DNA of 34,302 bases from an uncultured beta proteobacterium (GTDB taxonomy: Bacteria > Pseudomonadota > Gammaproteobacteria > Burkholderiales > Burkholderiaceae_C). This document shows, piece after piece, positions 25,274 through 34,302 of the stretch. The stretch is from assembly GCA_903914985.1 (NCBI GenBank), contig CAIWRE010000238.1:1-34302 (forward strand). The letters run 5' to 3'. Made by a program: the position numbers and the translations under genes. The notes beneath the pieces were generated by a model that worked only from the letters and a program-made list of their open reading frames with translations, had not been told where the DNA came from and searched no databases. How positions within the stretch are numbered: the stretch's first letter is position 1; every line of letters begins with the position of its first letter.

Positions 25274-27223
25274 TCAAGTGGCCAAGGCTTCGAGGGCCTC
25301 CGTGGCAGTCAGCCACTGGTCTTCCAAAGTCTTGAGCTCATCATTCACGGTTTTCAGGCGCTTGCCCAATTCCGCAATTTCATGGGGCAGGGGGCTTTGG
25401 CTGAGCTTGCCTTCCAGTACCGCACCTTCGCCGCTCAAGCTAGCAATGCGGGCGTCGAGACGTTCAATTTCTGTGGTCAGTTTGCGTTTCTGATCGGGTG
25501 AGACCACCGTCTTGACCGGTTTGGCCGATGCCTTGGCCTGCTGCTTGTTGAGCTGGTTTTGCGCTTCTTTGACGGCTTCGCGCTGGCGCTTGGCCTCGTC
25601 CAGCAGATAGCGCTGGTAGTCGTCGAGGTCGCCATCAAACGGCGCGACACCGCCACGCGACACCATCCAGAATTCGTCGCAGACTGAGCGCAGCAGGGCG
25701 CGGTCGTGGCTGACCAGCATCACCGTGCCTTCAAATTCATTGAGCGCCATGGCCAGCGCTTCGCGGGTGGCCAGGTCCAGGTGGTTGGTGGGCTCATCGA
25801 GCAACAGCAGATTGGGCCGCTGCCAAACGATCATGCACAACACCAGCCGGGCTTTTTCGCCACCGCTCATGCTGCCCACGGACTGCTTGACCATGTCGCC
25901 GCTGAAATTGAAGGTCCCTAAAAAGCTGCGCAAGTCTTGCTCGCGGGTAGCCTGCCCGGCAATGCGGCCCTCGGCGGTCATTTCTTTCACCAGCCGGATC
26001 ATGTGTTCCAGCGGAGTGTCTGCGGGGCGCAGCACATCCAACTCTTGCTGCGCAAAGTAGCCGATGTTCAGGCCCTTGCCCTCGGTGACCTCGCCGCCAA
26101 TGGGCGCCAGATCCCGCGCCACGGTTTTGACCAGGGTGGACTTGCCCTGTCCGTTGGCACCCAAAATGCCGATGCGTTGGCCTGCCAGCACCGAGCGGCT
26201 CACGTTTTGCACGATCACGGTGGGGCCGGTGTCCTCGGGCGCATCGGCGGGCGGCGGATAACCAAAACTCACACCCGACATCGACAGCATCGGGTTGGGC
26301 AGGTTGGCGGGTTCTTTGAACTCGAAGGTGAAGTCGGCATCGGCCAGCAGCGGCGCGATTTTTTCCATGCGGTCCAAGGCCTTGACCCGGCTTTGCGCCT
26401 GCTTGGCCTTGCTGGCTTTGGCCTTGAAGCGGGCAATGAACTTTTGCAGGTGGGCGATCTTGTCCTGCTGCTTGGCAAAGGCGTTTTGTTGCAACTCCAT
26501 TTGCTCGGCGCGCATGTCTTCGAACTTGCTGTAGTTGCCGCCGTAGCGCACCAGTTTGCCCGCATCGATATGCAGCGTGACGTTGGTCACCGCGTCCAAA
26601 AATTCCCGGTCGTGGCTGATCACCACCATGGTGCCTTCGTAGCGTTTGAGCCAGGCTTCCAACCATACCAATGCGTCCAAGTCCAAATGGTTGGTGGGCT
26701 CGTCGAGCAGCAGCAGGTCGGAGGGACACATGAGCGCGCGCGCCAGTTGCAAGCGCATGCGCCAGCCGCCCGAAAAACTGTTGACCGGGTTCTCCAACTC
26801 GGTGGTCTTGAAGCCCAAACCCAAAATCAAGGCCTGGGCGCGTGAGGCAGCGTCGTGCTCGCCTGCGTCGTACAGCGCCATATAGGCGTTGGCCATGCGG
26901 TCACCGTCGTCGGTGGCTTCGGAAGCTTTCACTTCCTCGCGCGCGGCATTGAGCACCGTGTCGCCTTCGATCACAAAGTCGGTGGCACTTTGGTCAGTCT
27001 CTGGCATGTCCTGGGCCACCTGGCCCATGCGCCATTGGGCGGGGATGTAGTACTCGCCAGCGTCCTCATGCAAATTGCCATTGAAGAGGGCAAACAGCGA
27101 AGACTTGCCCGCGCCGTTGCGCCCGACCAGGCCGACTTTTTCTCCGGGGTTGAGGGTGACCGAGGCGTGTTCCAGCAAGACCTTGGCACTGCGGCGCAAG
27201 GTCACGTTTTTAAGAGTAATCAT
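25274..27223 (-). CDS. yheS: ABC-F family ATPase (YheS-like)
   Basis: Two NBDs (GRNGAGKSS / FSGGWRMR / LLLLDEPTNHLD; GANGQGKST / MSGGEKARL), inter-domain KASKAKQAQSR linker, no TM segments. Confidence 0.88.
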   Translation of the reverse strand: MITLKNVTLRRSAKVLLEHASVTLNPGEKVGLVGRNGAGKSSLFALFNGNLHEDAGEYYIPAQWRMGQVAQDMPETDQSATDFVIEGDTVLNAAREEVKASEATDDGDRMANAYMALYDAGEHDAASRAQALILGLGFKTTELENPVNSFSGGWRMRLQLARALMCPSDLLLLDEPTNHLDLDALVWLEAWLKRYEGTMVVISHDREFLDAVTNVTLHIDAGKLVRYGGNYSKFEDMRAEQMELQQNAFAKQQDKIAHLQKFIARFKAKASKAKQAQSRVKALDRMEKIAPLLADADFTFEFKEPANLPNPMLSMSGVSFGYPPPADAPEDTGPTVIVQNVSRSVLAGQRIGILGANGQGKSTLVKTVARDLAPIGGEVTEGKGLNIGYFAQQELDVLRPADTPLEHMIRLVKEMTAEGRIAGQATREQDLRSFLGTFNFSGDMVKQSVGSMSGGEKARLVLCMIVWQRPNLLLLDEPTNHLDLATREALAMALNEFEGTVMLVSHDRALLRSVCDEFWMVSRGGVAPFDGDLDDYQRYLLDEAKRQREAVKEAQNQLNKQQAKASAKPVKTVVSPDQKRKLTTEIERLDARIASLSGEGAVLEGKLSQSPLPHEIAELGKRLKTVNDELKTLEDQWLTATEALEALAT

Positions 27224-28119
27224 GAAGTAAGGGTTTCGCGCGTGAGGAGCAGTACCTGGTCTTCACCAGCGCTGGTTTCCAGCCAAATCACTTCCAGCGA
27301 CGGAAATGCGGCTTCAAAAAAGGAGCGTTCGTTGCCGATTTCCAGCACCATAACCCCTTGGGGTGAAAGGTGGGCGGCCACGGTGTGTAGCAAGGTGCGG
27401 ACAAAGTCCATGCCGTCCGTGCCGCCTTGGCAATTGCCGTCCAAAGCCATGGCGGGTTCGGCCCGGTACTCGGGCGGCAAGTCGGCCATGCTCTGGTGGT
27501 TGACGTAGGGCGGATTGCACAGAATCAAATCAAACGGCCCCTGCGCGGCAAGCTCCGGCGCCTTGAGGCCATCGGAAGTCACCAGGGTGATGCGGTCTTG
27601 CAGGCTGTGCTTGTCCACATTGATGCGGGCTACTTCCAGCGCATCGCTGGAGAGGTCACTGGCCGTCACCACCACGTCCGGGAACACGCTGGCGGCGATG
27701 ACCGCCAGGCTGCCGTTGCCCGTGCACAAGTCGAGCACTTTGTGGGTCGATGCCTGCAGAAAGTAGTCCATGCCACCCTCCACCAGCAGCTCGGCAATCA
27801 GCGAGCGCGGCACGATGACCCGTTCGTCGACGTAAAAGGAAAAACCTTGCAGCCAGGCTTCCCGGGTGAGGTAGGCGGCGGGCTTGCGGCTCTGGATGCG
27901 CTGGGCAATCAAGGCCTGCACCTTCGCCACTTGTTCTGCCGTCAAGCCTTGGTCGCCCTGGGAGTCTTCACCATCCAGCGCCGTGTCCAAGGGCAAACAA
28001 AGCTGACACAGCACCAACCAAGCAGCTTCGTCCTGCGCATTGGTCGTGCCATGCCCAAACGACACACCGGCGTCTGCGAGCGACCGTGCGCTCGCTGAAA
28101 TCAGATCCAGCAGCGTCAT
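27220..28119 (-). CDS. prmB: 50S ribosomal protein L3 N5-glutamine methyltransferase
   Basis: [44 protein letters not shown]; located downstream of dapE. Confidence 0.93.
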   Translation of the reverse strand: MTLLDLISASARSLADAGVSFGHGTTNAQDEAAWLVLCQLCLPLDTALDGEDSQGDQGLTAEQVAKVQALIAQRIQSRKPAAYLTREAWLQGFSFYVDERVIVPRSLIAELLVEGGMDYFLQASTHKVLDLCTGNGSLAVIAASVFPDVVVTASDLSSDALEVARINVDKHSLQDRITLVTSDGLKAPELAAQGPFDLILCNPPYVNHQSMADLPPEYRAEPAMALDGNCQGGTDGMDFVRTLLHTVAAHLSPQGVMVLEIGNERSFFEAAFPSLEVIWLETSAGEDQVLLLTRETLTS

Positions 28120-29300
28120 GCCAGAGCCTGCGTATGCAAGCGCTCGAGCACCCGGCGGTAGATGTTTTTCAAAGGCTCGATGTCGGTCACCGCCACGTAT
28201 TCATTGATCTTGTGGATCGTCGCGTTGGGCGGGCCCAACTCAATCACCTGCGGACAGATTTGCGCCAAAAAACGCCCGTCGCTGGTGCCGCCGGTGGTGG
28301 AGAGTTGTGTTTCGATGCCAGTCTCGTCCAGGATGGCACCGCGCACCGCATCGACCAAGGTGCCGGGAGGTGTCAAAAAGGGCAGGCCGCCTATCGTCCA
28401 CACCAAGTCGTACTTCAGTCCATGTTGGTCCAGAACCGCGCACAAGCGCGATTGCAAGGACTCCGGTGTGGACTCGGTGCAGAAGCGGAAATTGAAGTCG
28501 ATGACCACTTCGCCGGGAATCACATTGCTGGCACCGGTGCCGCCGTGCATATTGCTCACCTGCCAACTGGTGGGTGGAAAGTAGGCATTGCCTTCGTCCC
28601 AGCGAATGCCGACCAGCTCCGCCAGCGCAGGAGCCGCGCGGTGGATGGGGTTGTCCGCCATGTGCGGGTAGGCAATATGGCCTTGCACGCCCTTGACCGT
28701 GAGTTTGCCGCTCATGGTGCCGCGCCGGCCGTTTTTGATCATGTCGCCGGTGCGCTCGACCGAGGTGGGCTCACCCACGATGACGTAATCCAGCACTTCG
28801 CCGCGTGCTTTGAGGGTGTTGCACACCACCACCGTGCCATCGACGGCCGGGCCTTCTTCGTCGCTGGTCAAGAGCAGGGCAATGTTCAGCGCGGGCTGGG
28901 GGGTGTGGCTTATGAATTCTTCGATGGCCACCACAAACGCTGCCAGCGACGTTTTCATGTCGCTGGCGCCGCGCCCGAATAGTTTGCCGTCTTTATGGGT
29001 AGGGCTGAACGGTGCGCTGTCCCATTGCGCCAGCGGCCCGGTCGGCACCACGTCGGTATGGCCCGCAAAAACCAGAGTTTTGGCCGTCGCGGCGCTGCTA
29101 CTGACGGCGCTCGCATTGCGCTTAGCCCACAGATTGGTCACGCGAAAATCCGCAGGGCCGCTCTCCAGGAATTTGCACACAAAGCCAAGGGCTTGCAGCC
29201 GCTGTGCGATCAGTGGTTGACAACCCGCGTCATGGGGCGTGACCGACGCAAGGCTCAGCAACTGCTCGGTGAGTTGCAGGGTGGCGTTGGCATTGCTCAT
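28116..29300 (-). CDS. dapE: Succinyl-diaminopimelate desuccinylase
   Basis: [60 protein letters not shown]. Confidence 0.96.
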   Translation of the reverse strand: MSNANATLQLTEQLLSLASVTPHDAGCQPLIAQRLQALGFVCKFLESGPADFRVTNLWAKRNASAVSSSAATAKTLVFAGHTDVVPTGPLAQWDSAPFSPTHKDGKLFGRGASDMKTSLAAFVVAIEEFISHTPQPALNIALLLTSDEEGPAVDGTVVVCNTLKARGEVLDYVIVGEPTSVERTGDMIKNGRRGTMSGKLTVKGVQGHIAYPHMADNPIHRAAPALAELVGIRWDEGNAYFPPTSWQVSNMHGGTGASNVIPGEVVIDFNFRFCTESTPESLQSRLCAVLDQHGLKYDLVWTIGGLPFLTPPGTLVDAVRGAILDETGIETQLSTTGGTSDGRFLAQICPQVIELGPPNATIHKINEYVAVTDIEPLKNIYRRVLERLHTQALA

Positions 29301-30445
29301 CAGGGGTGAAGCATCAGGGTAATCGGACTGGCGCCTTCAGTCTGCGGGTTGTCGATACTGGGCGCGTCCGCTTGGTTTTGCATGCGCCACACCAGGTTGG
29401 TGGCGGAATCCGCATGGGCCAGGCCTTCGCTTTCGGCCACCACGCCCTCGGCAATCAGGCGGGAGATGTCCTGCTCAAAGGACTGCGAACCCACCGAGAG
29501 CGACTGCTCCATTGCCGCAGGGATGTCTGCAAAGTTCCCTTCCTGGATCAATTCTGCAATGCGCGTGGTGTTCATCATGACTTCACACGCTGCCACGCGC
29601 TGGCCTTTGGTGGTGCGAATCAAGCGTTGCGACAGCATGGCCTTGAGCGCCAAAGCCAGATCGCGCTGCACAGCGTCGCGGGAATCCGCGGGGTAAAAGC
29701 CCAAAATCCGGTTGAGTGCGTGGTAGCTGTTGTTGGCATGCAGGGTGGCCAGACACAAATGGCCCGACTGCGCGTAGCCCAGCGCAGCCGACATGGTTTC
29801 GGGGTCACGGATTTCGCCCACAAAAATCACATCCGGCGACTGGCGAAGCGCATTTTTCATGGCCAATTCCAGCGATACCGTATCCACGCCAATTTCGCGC
29901 TGATTCACGATCGACTTGTTGTGCTTGAAAACAAATTCAATCGGGTTTTCAAATGTCAGGATGTGTCCGGAGGTGGTGGCGTTGCGGTAGTCCAGCATAG
30001 ACGCCATGGTCGTACTTTTGCCTGCACCTGCAGCCCCCACCATCAGCACCAGGCCGCGCTTTTCCATGACCAGACTGCGCAGAATCGGTGGCAAGCCGCT
30101 GTCGAGCAGACTGGGAATCTGGAACGGCACATAGCGAATGACCACCGCCACCGTTCCTCGCTGCACAAAAGCACTGATGCGAAAACGCCCCAGGTTCTCG
30201 AGCGGCAAAACCATCGTCAACTCATTTTCCGCCATCAGTTGCTGCATGCTCTCCGGTGGCACCAACCCTTCCAGCAATTCCCGTGGTGCTTGCACCCCCA
30301 GTGGCTGACTGGTGATGGGCACTACCAAGCCGTGAATACGCACCATGGGCGGGCTGTTGGCCGAGAGGTAAATATCGGAGGCCTTTTTGTCCACCATGAA
30401 ACGCAGCATGCGTTCGAGGACGTCGTTCTTGGCAGTCTGCGTCAT
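29300..30445 (-). CDS. PilT/PilU family type IV pilus retraction ATPase (PilU-like)
   Basis: [19 protein letters not shown], Walker [35 protein letters not shown], His box [11 protein letters not shown]. Confidence 0.88.
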   Translation of the reverse strand: MTQTAKNDVLERMLRFMVDKKASDIYLSANSPPMVRIHGLVVPITSQPLGVQAPRELLEGLVPPESMQQLMAENELTMVLPLENLGRFRISAFVQRGTVAVVIRYVPFQIPSLLDSGLPPILRSLVMEKRGLVLMVGAAGAGKSTTMASMLDYRNATTSGHILTFENPIEFVFKHNKSIVNQREIGVDTVSLELAMKNALRQSPDVIFVGEIRDPETMSAALGYAQSGHLCLATLHANNSYHALNRILGFYPADSRDAVQRDLALALKAMLSQRLIRTTKGQRVAACEVMMNTTRIAELIQEGNFADIPAAMEQSLSVGSQSFEQDISRLIAEGVVAESEGLAHADSATNLVWRMQNQADAPSIDNPQTEGASPITLMLHP

Positions 30446-30484
30446 GGGGTTCGGTTCGTCCTGGTGTGAAAAAAGGAGGGCGGC

Positions 30485-31309
30485 TTAGTCGCGCAGCAAG
30501 TCGTTGAGCGAGGTCTTGGCGCGGGTTTGCGCGTCCACGCGTTTGACGATGATGGCCGCATACAGGCTGTATTTGCCATCACCTTTGGGCAGGCTGCCGC
30601 TGATGACCACTGACCCGGAAGGAATGCGGCCATAACTCACGGTGTCTGTGGCGCGATCGTAAATAGGCGTGCTTTGACCGAGGTAGACGCCCATGGAAAT
30701 GACGGAGTTTTCTTCGACGATCACGCCCTCGACGACTTCGGAGCGCGCACCGATGAAGCAGTTGTCTTCGATGATGGTGGGGCCGGCTTGCATGGGTTCG
30801 AGCACGCCACCGATGCCCACGCCGCCGCTCAAGTGAACATGCTTGCCGATCTGTGCGCACGAGCCTACCGTGGCCCAGGTGTCCACCATCGTGCCTTCGT
30901 CGACATAGGCGCCGATGTTGACGTAGGAAGGCATCAAGATCACGCCTTTGGCCACATGGCTGCCGCGTCGCGCGACTGCGGGGGGCACCACGCGCACGCC
31001 GGTGGCTTTCATCTCGGCCTCAGTGAGGCCTGCAAATTTGGTGGGCACTTTGTCGTAAAAGCCCAAGTCGCCCGCGTTGATGAGCACATTGTCTTTGAGG
31101 CGAAAGCTCAGCAACACGGCCTTTTTGATCCATTGGTGCGTGGTCCATTGGCCCACGCCGTCGCGGGTCGCCACGCGCAGCGCACCTTTGTCAAGTTCCG
31201 CGATGACGTGTTCCACGGCATCGACCACCTCTTTGGGCGCGGATTGAATCGAAATATTTGCGCGGTTTTCCCACGCGGCGTCGAGGATGTTTTGCAATTG
31301 TTGGGTCAT
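30485..31309 (-). CDS. dapD: 2,3,4,5-tetrahydropyridine-2,6-dicarboxylate N-succinyltransferase
   Basis: [60 protein letters not shown]. Start at ATG 31309 gives 274 aa. Confidence 0.96.
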   Translation of the reverse strand: MTQQLQNILDAAWENRANISIQSAPKEVVDAVEHVIAELDKGALRVATRDGVGQWTTHQWIKKAVLLSFRLKDNVLINAGDLGFYDKVPTKFAGLTEAEMKATGVRVVPPAVARRGSHVAKGVILMPSYVNIGAYVDEGTMVDTWATVGSCAQIGKHVHLSGGVGIGGVLEPMQAGPTIIEDNCFIGARSEVVEGVIVEENSVISMGVYLGQSTPIYDRATDTVSYGRIPSGSVVISGSLPKGDGKYSLYAAIIVKRVDAQTRAKTSLNDLLRD

Positions 31310-31353
31310 GGGAGAGATGCTTGAAATAAAGTGGGGAACAAAATGGGTAAAGC

Positions 31354-32562
31354 TCAGCTGCTTTGCCGGGATTTGACAAATGCAACGATGCGCTGTGCGG
31401 CTTCCATGCATTCATCGGCTTGGGCTACCAATGCCATGCGGATGCGTCCGGCGCCAGGGTTCAGCCCATGGGCTTCACGCGCAAGGTAGGAGCCGGGCAA
31501 CACGGTCACATTGTAGGTAGCGTACAGGTCGCGAGCGAAGTCTTCGTCACTGCCTTGCACACCCGCCCACAAGTAAAAGCCTGCGTCTGGCAGCGCCACG
31601 TCCAGCACCTCGGCCAGGAGAGGCGTAATCTGCGCAAACTTCTGGCGGTACTGTGCGCGGTTGTCCAACACATGGGCCTCGTCGTTCCATGCGGCGATGC
31701 TGGCGCTTTGTACGACCGGGCTCATGGCGCTGCCGTGGTAGGTGCGATAAAGCAAAAAGTCCTTGATCAGTGCGGCGTCACCGGCGCAAAAGCCGCTGCG
31801 CATGCCCGGCACATTGCTGCGCTTGGACAGGCTGGTAAACGCCAGCAAATTCTTGAAATCGCTGCGTCCCAACGCGGCAGCGGCCTCCAAACCGCCCAAC
31901 GGTGCTTCGTCGCGGAAATAGATTTCGCTGTAGCACTCGTCCGAGGCAATCACAAAGCCGTAGCGGTCGCTGAGTTCAAACAGCAACTTCCATTCCGACA
32001 GCGGCATGACCGCACCGGCCGGGTTACCCGGACTGCAGACAAAGAGCAGCTGGGTGCGCGCCCACACTTCGGCGGGCACGCTGGCCCAGTCCTGGGCGAA
32101 GTTGCGCTTCGGGTCCGAGGCCACGAAGTAGGGTTCAGCCCCGCCCAGTAAAGCGGCGCCTTCGTAAATTTGGTAGAACGGGTTGGGGCAGACCACCACG
32201 GGCCTGGCACCGGACGCCGCGGGCGCCAGCACGGTTTGGGCAAATGCAAACAGTGCTTCGCGCGAGCCGTTGATCGGCAGAATTTGCGTGCCAGGGTTGA
32301 CCATTAACTGGTAGCGGCGGTGCAGCCAGTGGGCAATGGCCTCCCGCAATGCGGATTCCCCTGCAGTGGCAGGGTAACCGGCCAAACCCGTGCCCATGAT
32401 GGCGTCGCAGTAGGCCTGTTTGATGAGCGCCGGTGTGGCGTGGCGCGGCTCGCCGATACCCAGACTGATGGGGCGCAAACCGGGGTTGGGCGTCACAGTG
32501 GAAAACAGCTGGCGCAGCCGTTCAAACGGGTAGGCTTGCAGAAGTGCTAGGTGGGCATTCAT
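31354..32562 (-). CDS. dapC: Succinyldiaminopimelate transaminase
   Basis: [63 protein letters not shown]; upstream of dapD. Confidence 0.92.
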   Translation of the reverse strand: MNAHLALLQAYPFERLRQLFSTVTPNPGLRPISLGIGEPRHATPALIKQAYCDAIMGTGLAGYPATAGESALREAIAHWLHRRYQLMVNPGTQILPINGSREALFAFAQTVLAPAASGARPVVVCPNPFYQIYEGAALLGGAEPYFVASDPKRNFAQDWASVPAEVWARTQLLFVCSPGNPAGAVMPLSEWKLLFELSDRYGFVIASDECYSEIYFRDEAPLGGLEAAAALGRSDFKNLLAFTSLSKRSNVPGMRSGFCAGDAALIKDFLLYRTYHGSAMSPVVQSASIAAWNDEAHVLDNRAQYRQKFAQITPLLAEVLDVALPDAGFYLWAGVQGSDEDFARDLYATYNVTVLPGSYLAREAHGLNPGAGRIRMALVAQADECMEAAQRIVAFVKSRQSS

Positions 32563-32663
32563 AGGCGCTAATTATCGTTGATTCATCGTTAAACTCGAAG
32601 TTTTTGCGATATCCGCAAGTGTTGCCACCGCGCCTTTGACCCCAAGCCATTCCAAAGCCCACC

Positions 32664-33026
32664 ATGCCCGCAGCGTCTGCCAACTATCAGTTTTTGAACC
32701 TGGCGAGTTCGTTGGAATACCTGATGGACCCCCAGGGTGTGCGGGACATGCTGCCCCACTTGATGAAAACCTTGGATCGGGATGTGCCCGACATCACCCA
32801 GATGCTGCGCGCGGGCGATTCCACTGAAGCTGCGGCGCGCCTGCATGCACTCAAGGGTTTTTTGCCGATTTTTTGCTATCCGGAGTTGTTCAGCGAGCTG
32901 GTGCGGGTTGAGAAGATGTGCAAGGCGGGCCCCTGCGCCGATTTGCTGGATGCCTATGGAGCGCTGGCTCTGCAACTGCAAGGTCTTGCCCGGGACGCCT
33001 CACACTTCCAATCACAGCCGGGGTAG
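32664..33026 (+). CDS. Stand-alone Hpt (histidine phosphotransfer) domain protein
   Basis: 120 aa helical protein with AGDSTEAAARLHALKG (HxLKG) and ...VEKMCKAG. Confidence 0.65.
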   Translation: MPAASANYQFLNLASSLEYLMDPQGVRDMLPHLMKTLDRDVPDITQMLRAGDSTEAAARLHALKGFLPIFCYPELFSELVRVEKMCKAGPCADLLDAYGALALQLQGLARDASHFQSQPG

Positions 33027-33151
33027 CGAGGGCGCCGGGCAAACCAAAATAAGGCGTCCGGTACCCGCGCGGTATCATTCAATCTCACAGAAGCCCCGGT
33101 TCTGTCGAATTTCATCTTCTAAAACCCCGTTCAGCTTCCCGCCAACACGCA

Positions 33152-34302
33152 GTGCGCCTTAATTCGATCAAGCTATCGGGCTTCAAGTCCTTTGTCGAGC
33201 CGACCAATTTCCTTCTGCCCGGCCAGTTGGTGGGGGTGGTGGGCCCAAATGGTTGCGGCAAGTCCAACATCATGGACGCGGTGCGCTGGGTCCTGGGCGA
33301 AAGCCGTGCCAGCGAGTTGCGTGGCGAGTCCATGCAGGACGTCATCTTTAATGGAACGACCAACCGCAAAGCGGCCAGCCGCGCCAGTGTGGAGTTGGTG
33401 TTTGACAATGCCGACCACCGCGCCGGAGGCCAGTGGGGCCAGTTTGGCGAAATCGCCGTGCGCCGGGTACTGACCCGTGACGGCACGTCGAGCTACTTTA
33501 TTAACAACCAGGCTGTGCGACGCCGCGACGTGCAAGACGTGTTTCTGGGCACCGGCCTGGGGCCTCGCGCCTACGCCATCATCGGCCAGGGCACCATCAG
33601 CCGCATCATCGAGTCCAAGCCGGAAGAGCTGCGGCTGTTCCTGGAAGAAGCGGCCGGCGTCTCTAAATACAAAGAGCGCCGCCGCGAAACCGAAAACCGC
33701 TTGAGCGACACCCGCGCCAACCTGACCCGGGTGGAAGACATCCTGCGGGAGCTGCACACCAATCTCGAAAAACTGGAACTCCAAGCCGAAGTGGCCTTGC
33801 GCTACAAGGGTTTGCAGGCCGACGTCACCCTTAAGCAGCACCAGCAGTGGTACCTCAAGCGTGCCGAGTCGCTGGCCGATCAGGCCAAGGTGCAGGCCGA
33901 CGCCCAAAGCGCGGTATTGACGCTGGAGTCGCGCATGGCGGACCTGCGCAGCATCGAGTCCGATTTGGAGACCGTACGCCAGGCGCACTACGCCGCCGGC
34001 GACCAGGTGAACCAGGTGCAAGGGCTGCTGTACGAAGCCAGTACCGAAGTCGGGCGCCTGGAAGCCGAAATCCGCTTTGTGGTGGAAGGCCGCCAGCGCG
34101 TGGAACAGCGTTTGGCCACCCTGCAAGAGCAAAGCGCGCAGTGGGCGCAGCGCGAAGAAGAAGCGGTGCAAGAGATGGAGCGCTTGGCCGAGATCGCCTT
34201 GACGGGAGAAGAACAGGCGGCGTTGCTGGAAGCGCAAATGCAAGAGCAGGAGCAGCAAACGCCGGAGTTGGAAGAGGCTTTGCAACGCGCGCAGGCCCAG
34301 GC
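33152..34302 (+). CDS. smc: Chromosome segregation protein SMC (5' part, runs off window)
   Basis: Translated by hand from GTG 33152: MRLNSIKLSGFKSF...VGPNGCGKSNIMDAVRWVLGE...LRGESMQDVIFNG...YAIIGQG...EEAAGVSKYKERR, then coiled coil. It is missing from the ORF track because there is no stop in the window. Confidence 0.96.
   Translation, partial: MRLNSIKLSGFKSFVEPTNFLLPGQLVGVVGPNGCGKSNIMDAVRWVLGESRASELRGESMQDVIFNGTTNRKAASRASVELVFDNADHRAGGQWGQFGEIAVRRVLTRDGTSSYFINNQAVRRRDVQDVFLGTGLGPRAYAIIGQGTISRIIESKPEELRLFLEEAAGVSKYKERRRETENRLSDTRANLTRVEDILRELHTNLEKLELQAEVALRYKGLQADVTLKQHQQWYLKRAESLADQAKVQADAQSAVLTLESRMADLRSIESDLETVRQAHYAAGDQVNQVQGLLYEASTEVGRLEAEIRFVVEGRQRVEQRLATLQEQSAQWAQREEEAVQEMERLAEIALTGEEQAALLEAQMQEQEQQTPELEEALQRAQAQ

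Noticed and set aside
25255-25285. Genomic-island attachment site at the accessory/core junction
   Set aside because: No tRNA, integrase, transposase or direct repeat visible; the other boundary is outside the window.
31310-31411. 34-aa N-terminal extension of DapD
   Set aside because: Overlaps the dapC end; ATG 31309 gives the canonical 274-aa length.
33173-34285. 370-aa minus-strand ORF and short plus-strand ORFs
   Set aside because: Shadows of smc, which is read from GTG 33152 on the plus strand.

Overview
Betaproteobacterial (Comamonadaceae-like, inferred from gene order and a Bug-family protein) chromosomal segment in two parts. (1) An accessory surface-structure region, 1-25263. It holds the 3' end (>2764 aa) of a giant acidic, Lys/Cys-poor repeat protein. 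This gene is translationally coupled to a GT4-like glycosyltransferase and a LapE/B/C-type type I secretion system. Downstream come a second GT-B glycosyltransferase, a small lipoprotein, a divergent Bug/TctC binding protein, two paralogous adenylate-forming enzymes in convergent orientation, a two-domain GT2, a SAM methyltransferase, a cyanophycin-synthetase-like ATP-grasp protein with a degenerate Mur-ligase domain, a TupA-like ATP-grasp ligase and a small exported protein. (2) Core genes, 25274-34302: dapC-dapD-pilU-like-dapE-prmB-yheS-like on the minus strand, a stand-alone Hpt protein and the 5' part of smc. No RNA genes, CRISPR arrays, integrases or transposases were recognised. The most interesting hypothesis is a T1SS-secreted giant beta-solenoid glycoprotein, or an associated surface polymer, decorated by a glycan/acyl/polyamide tailoring cassette. 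All family calls come from motif recognition by eye, not database searches.
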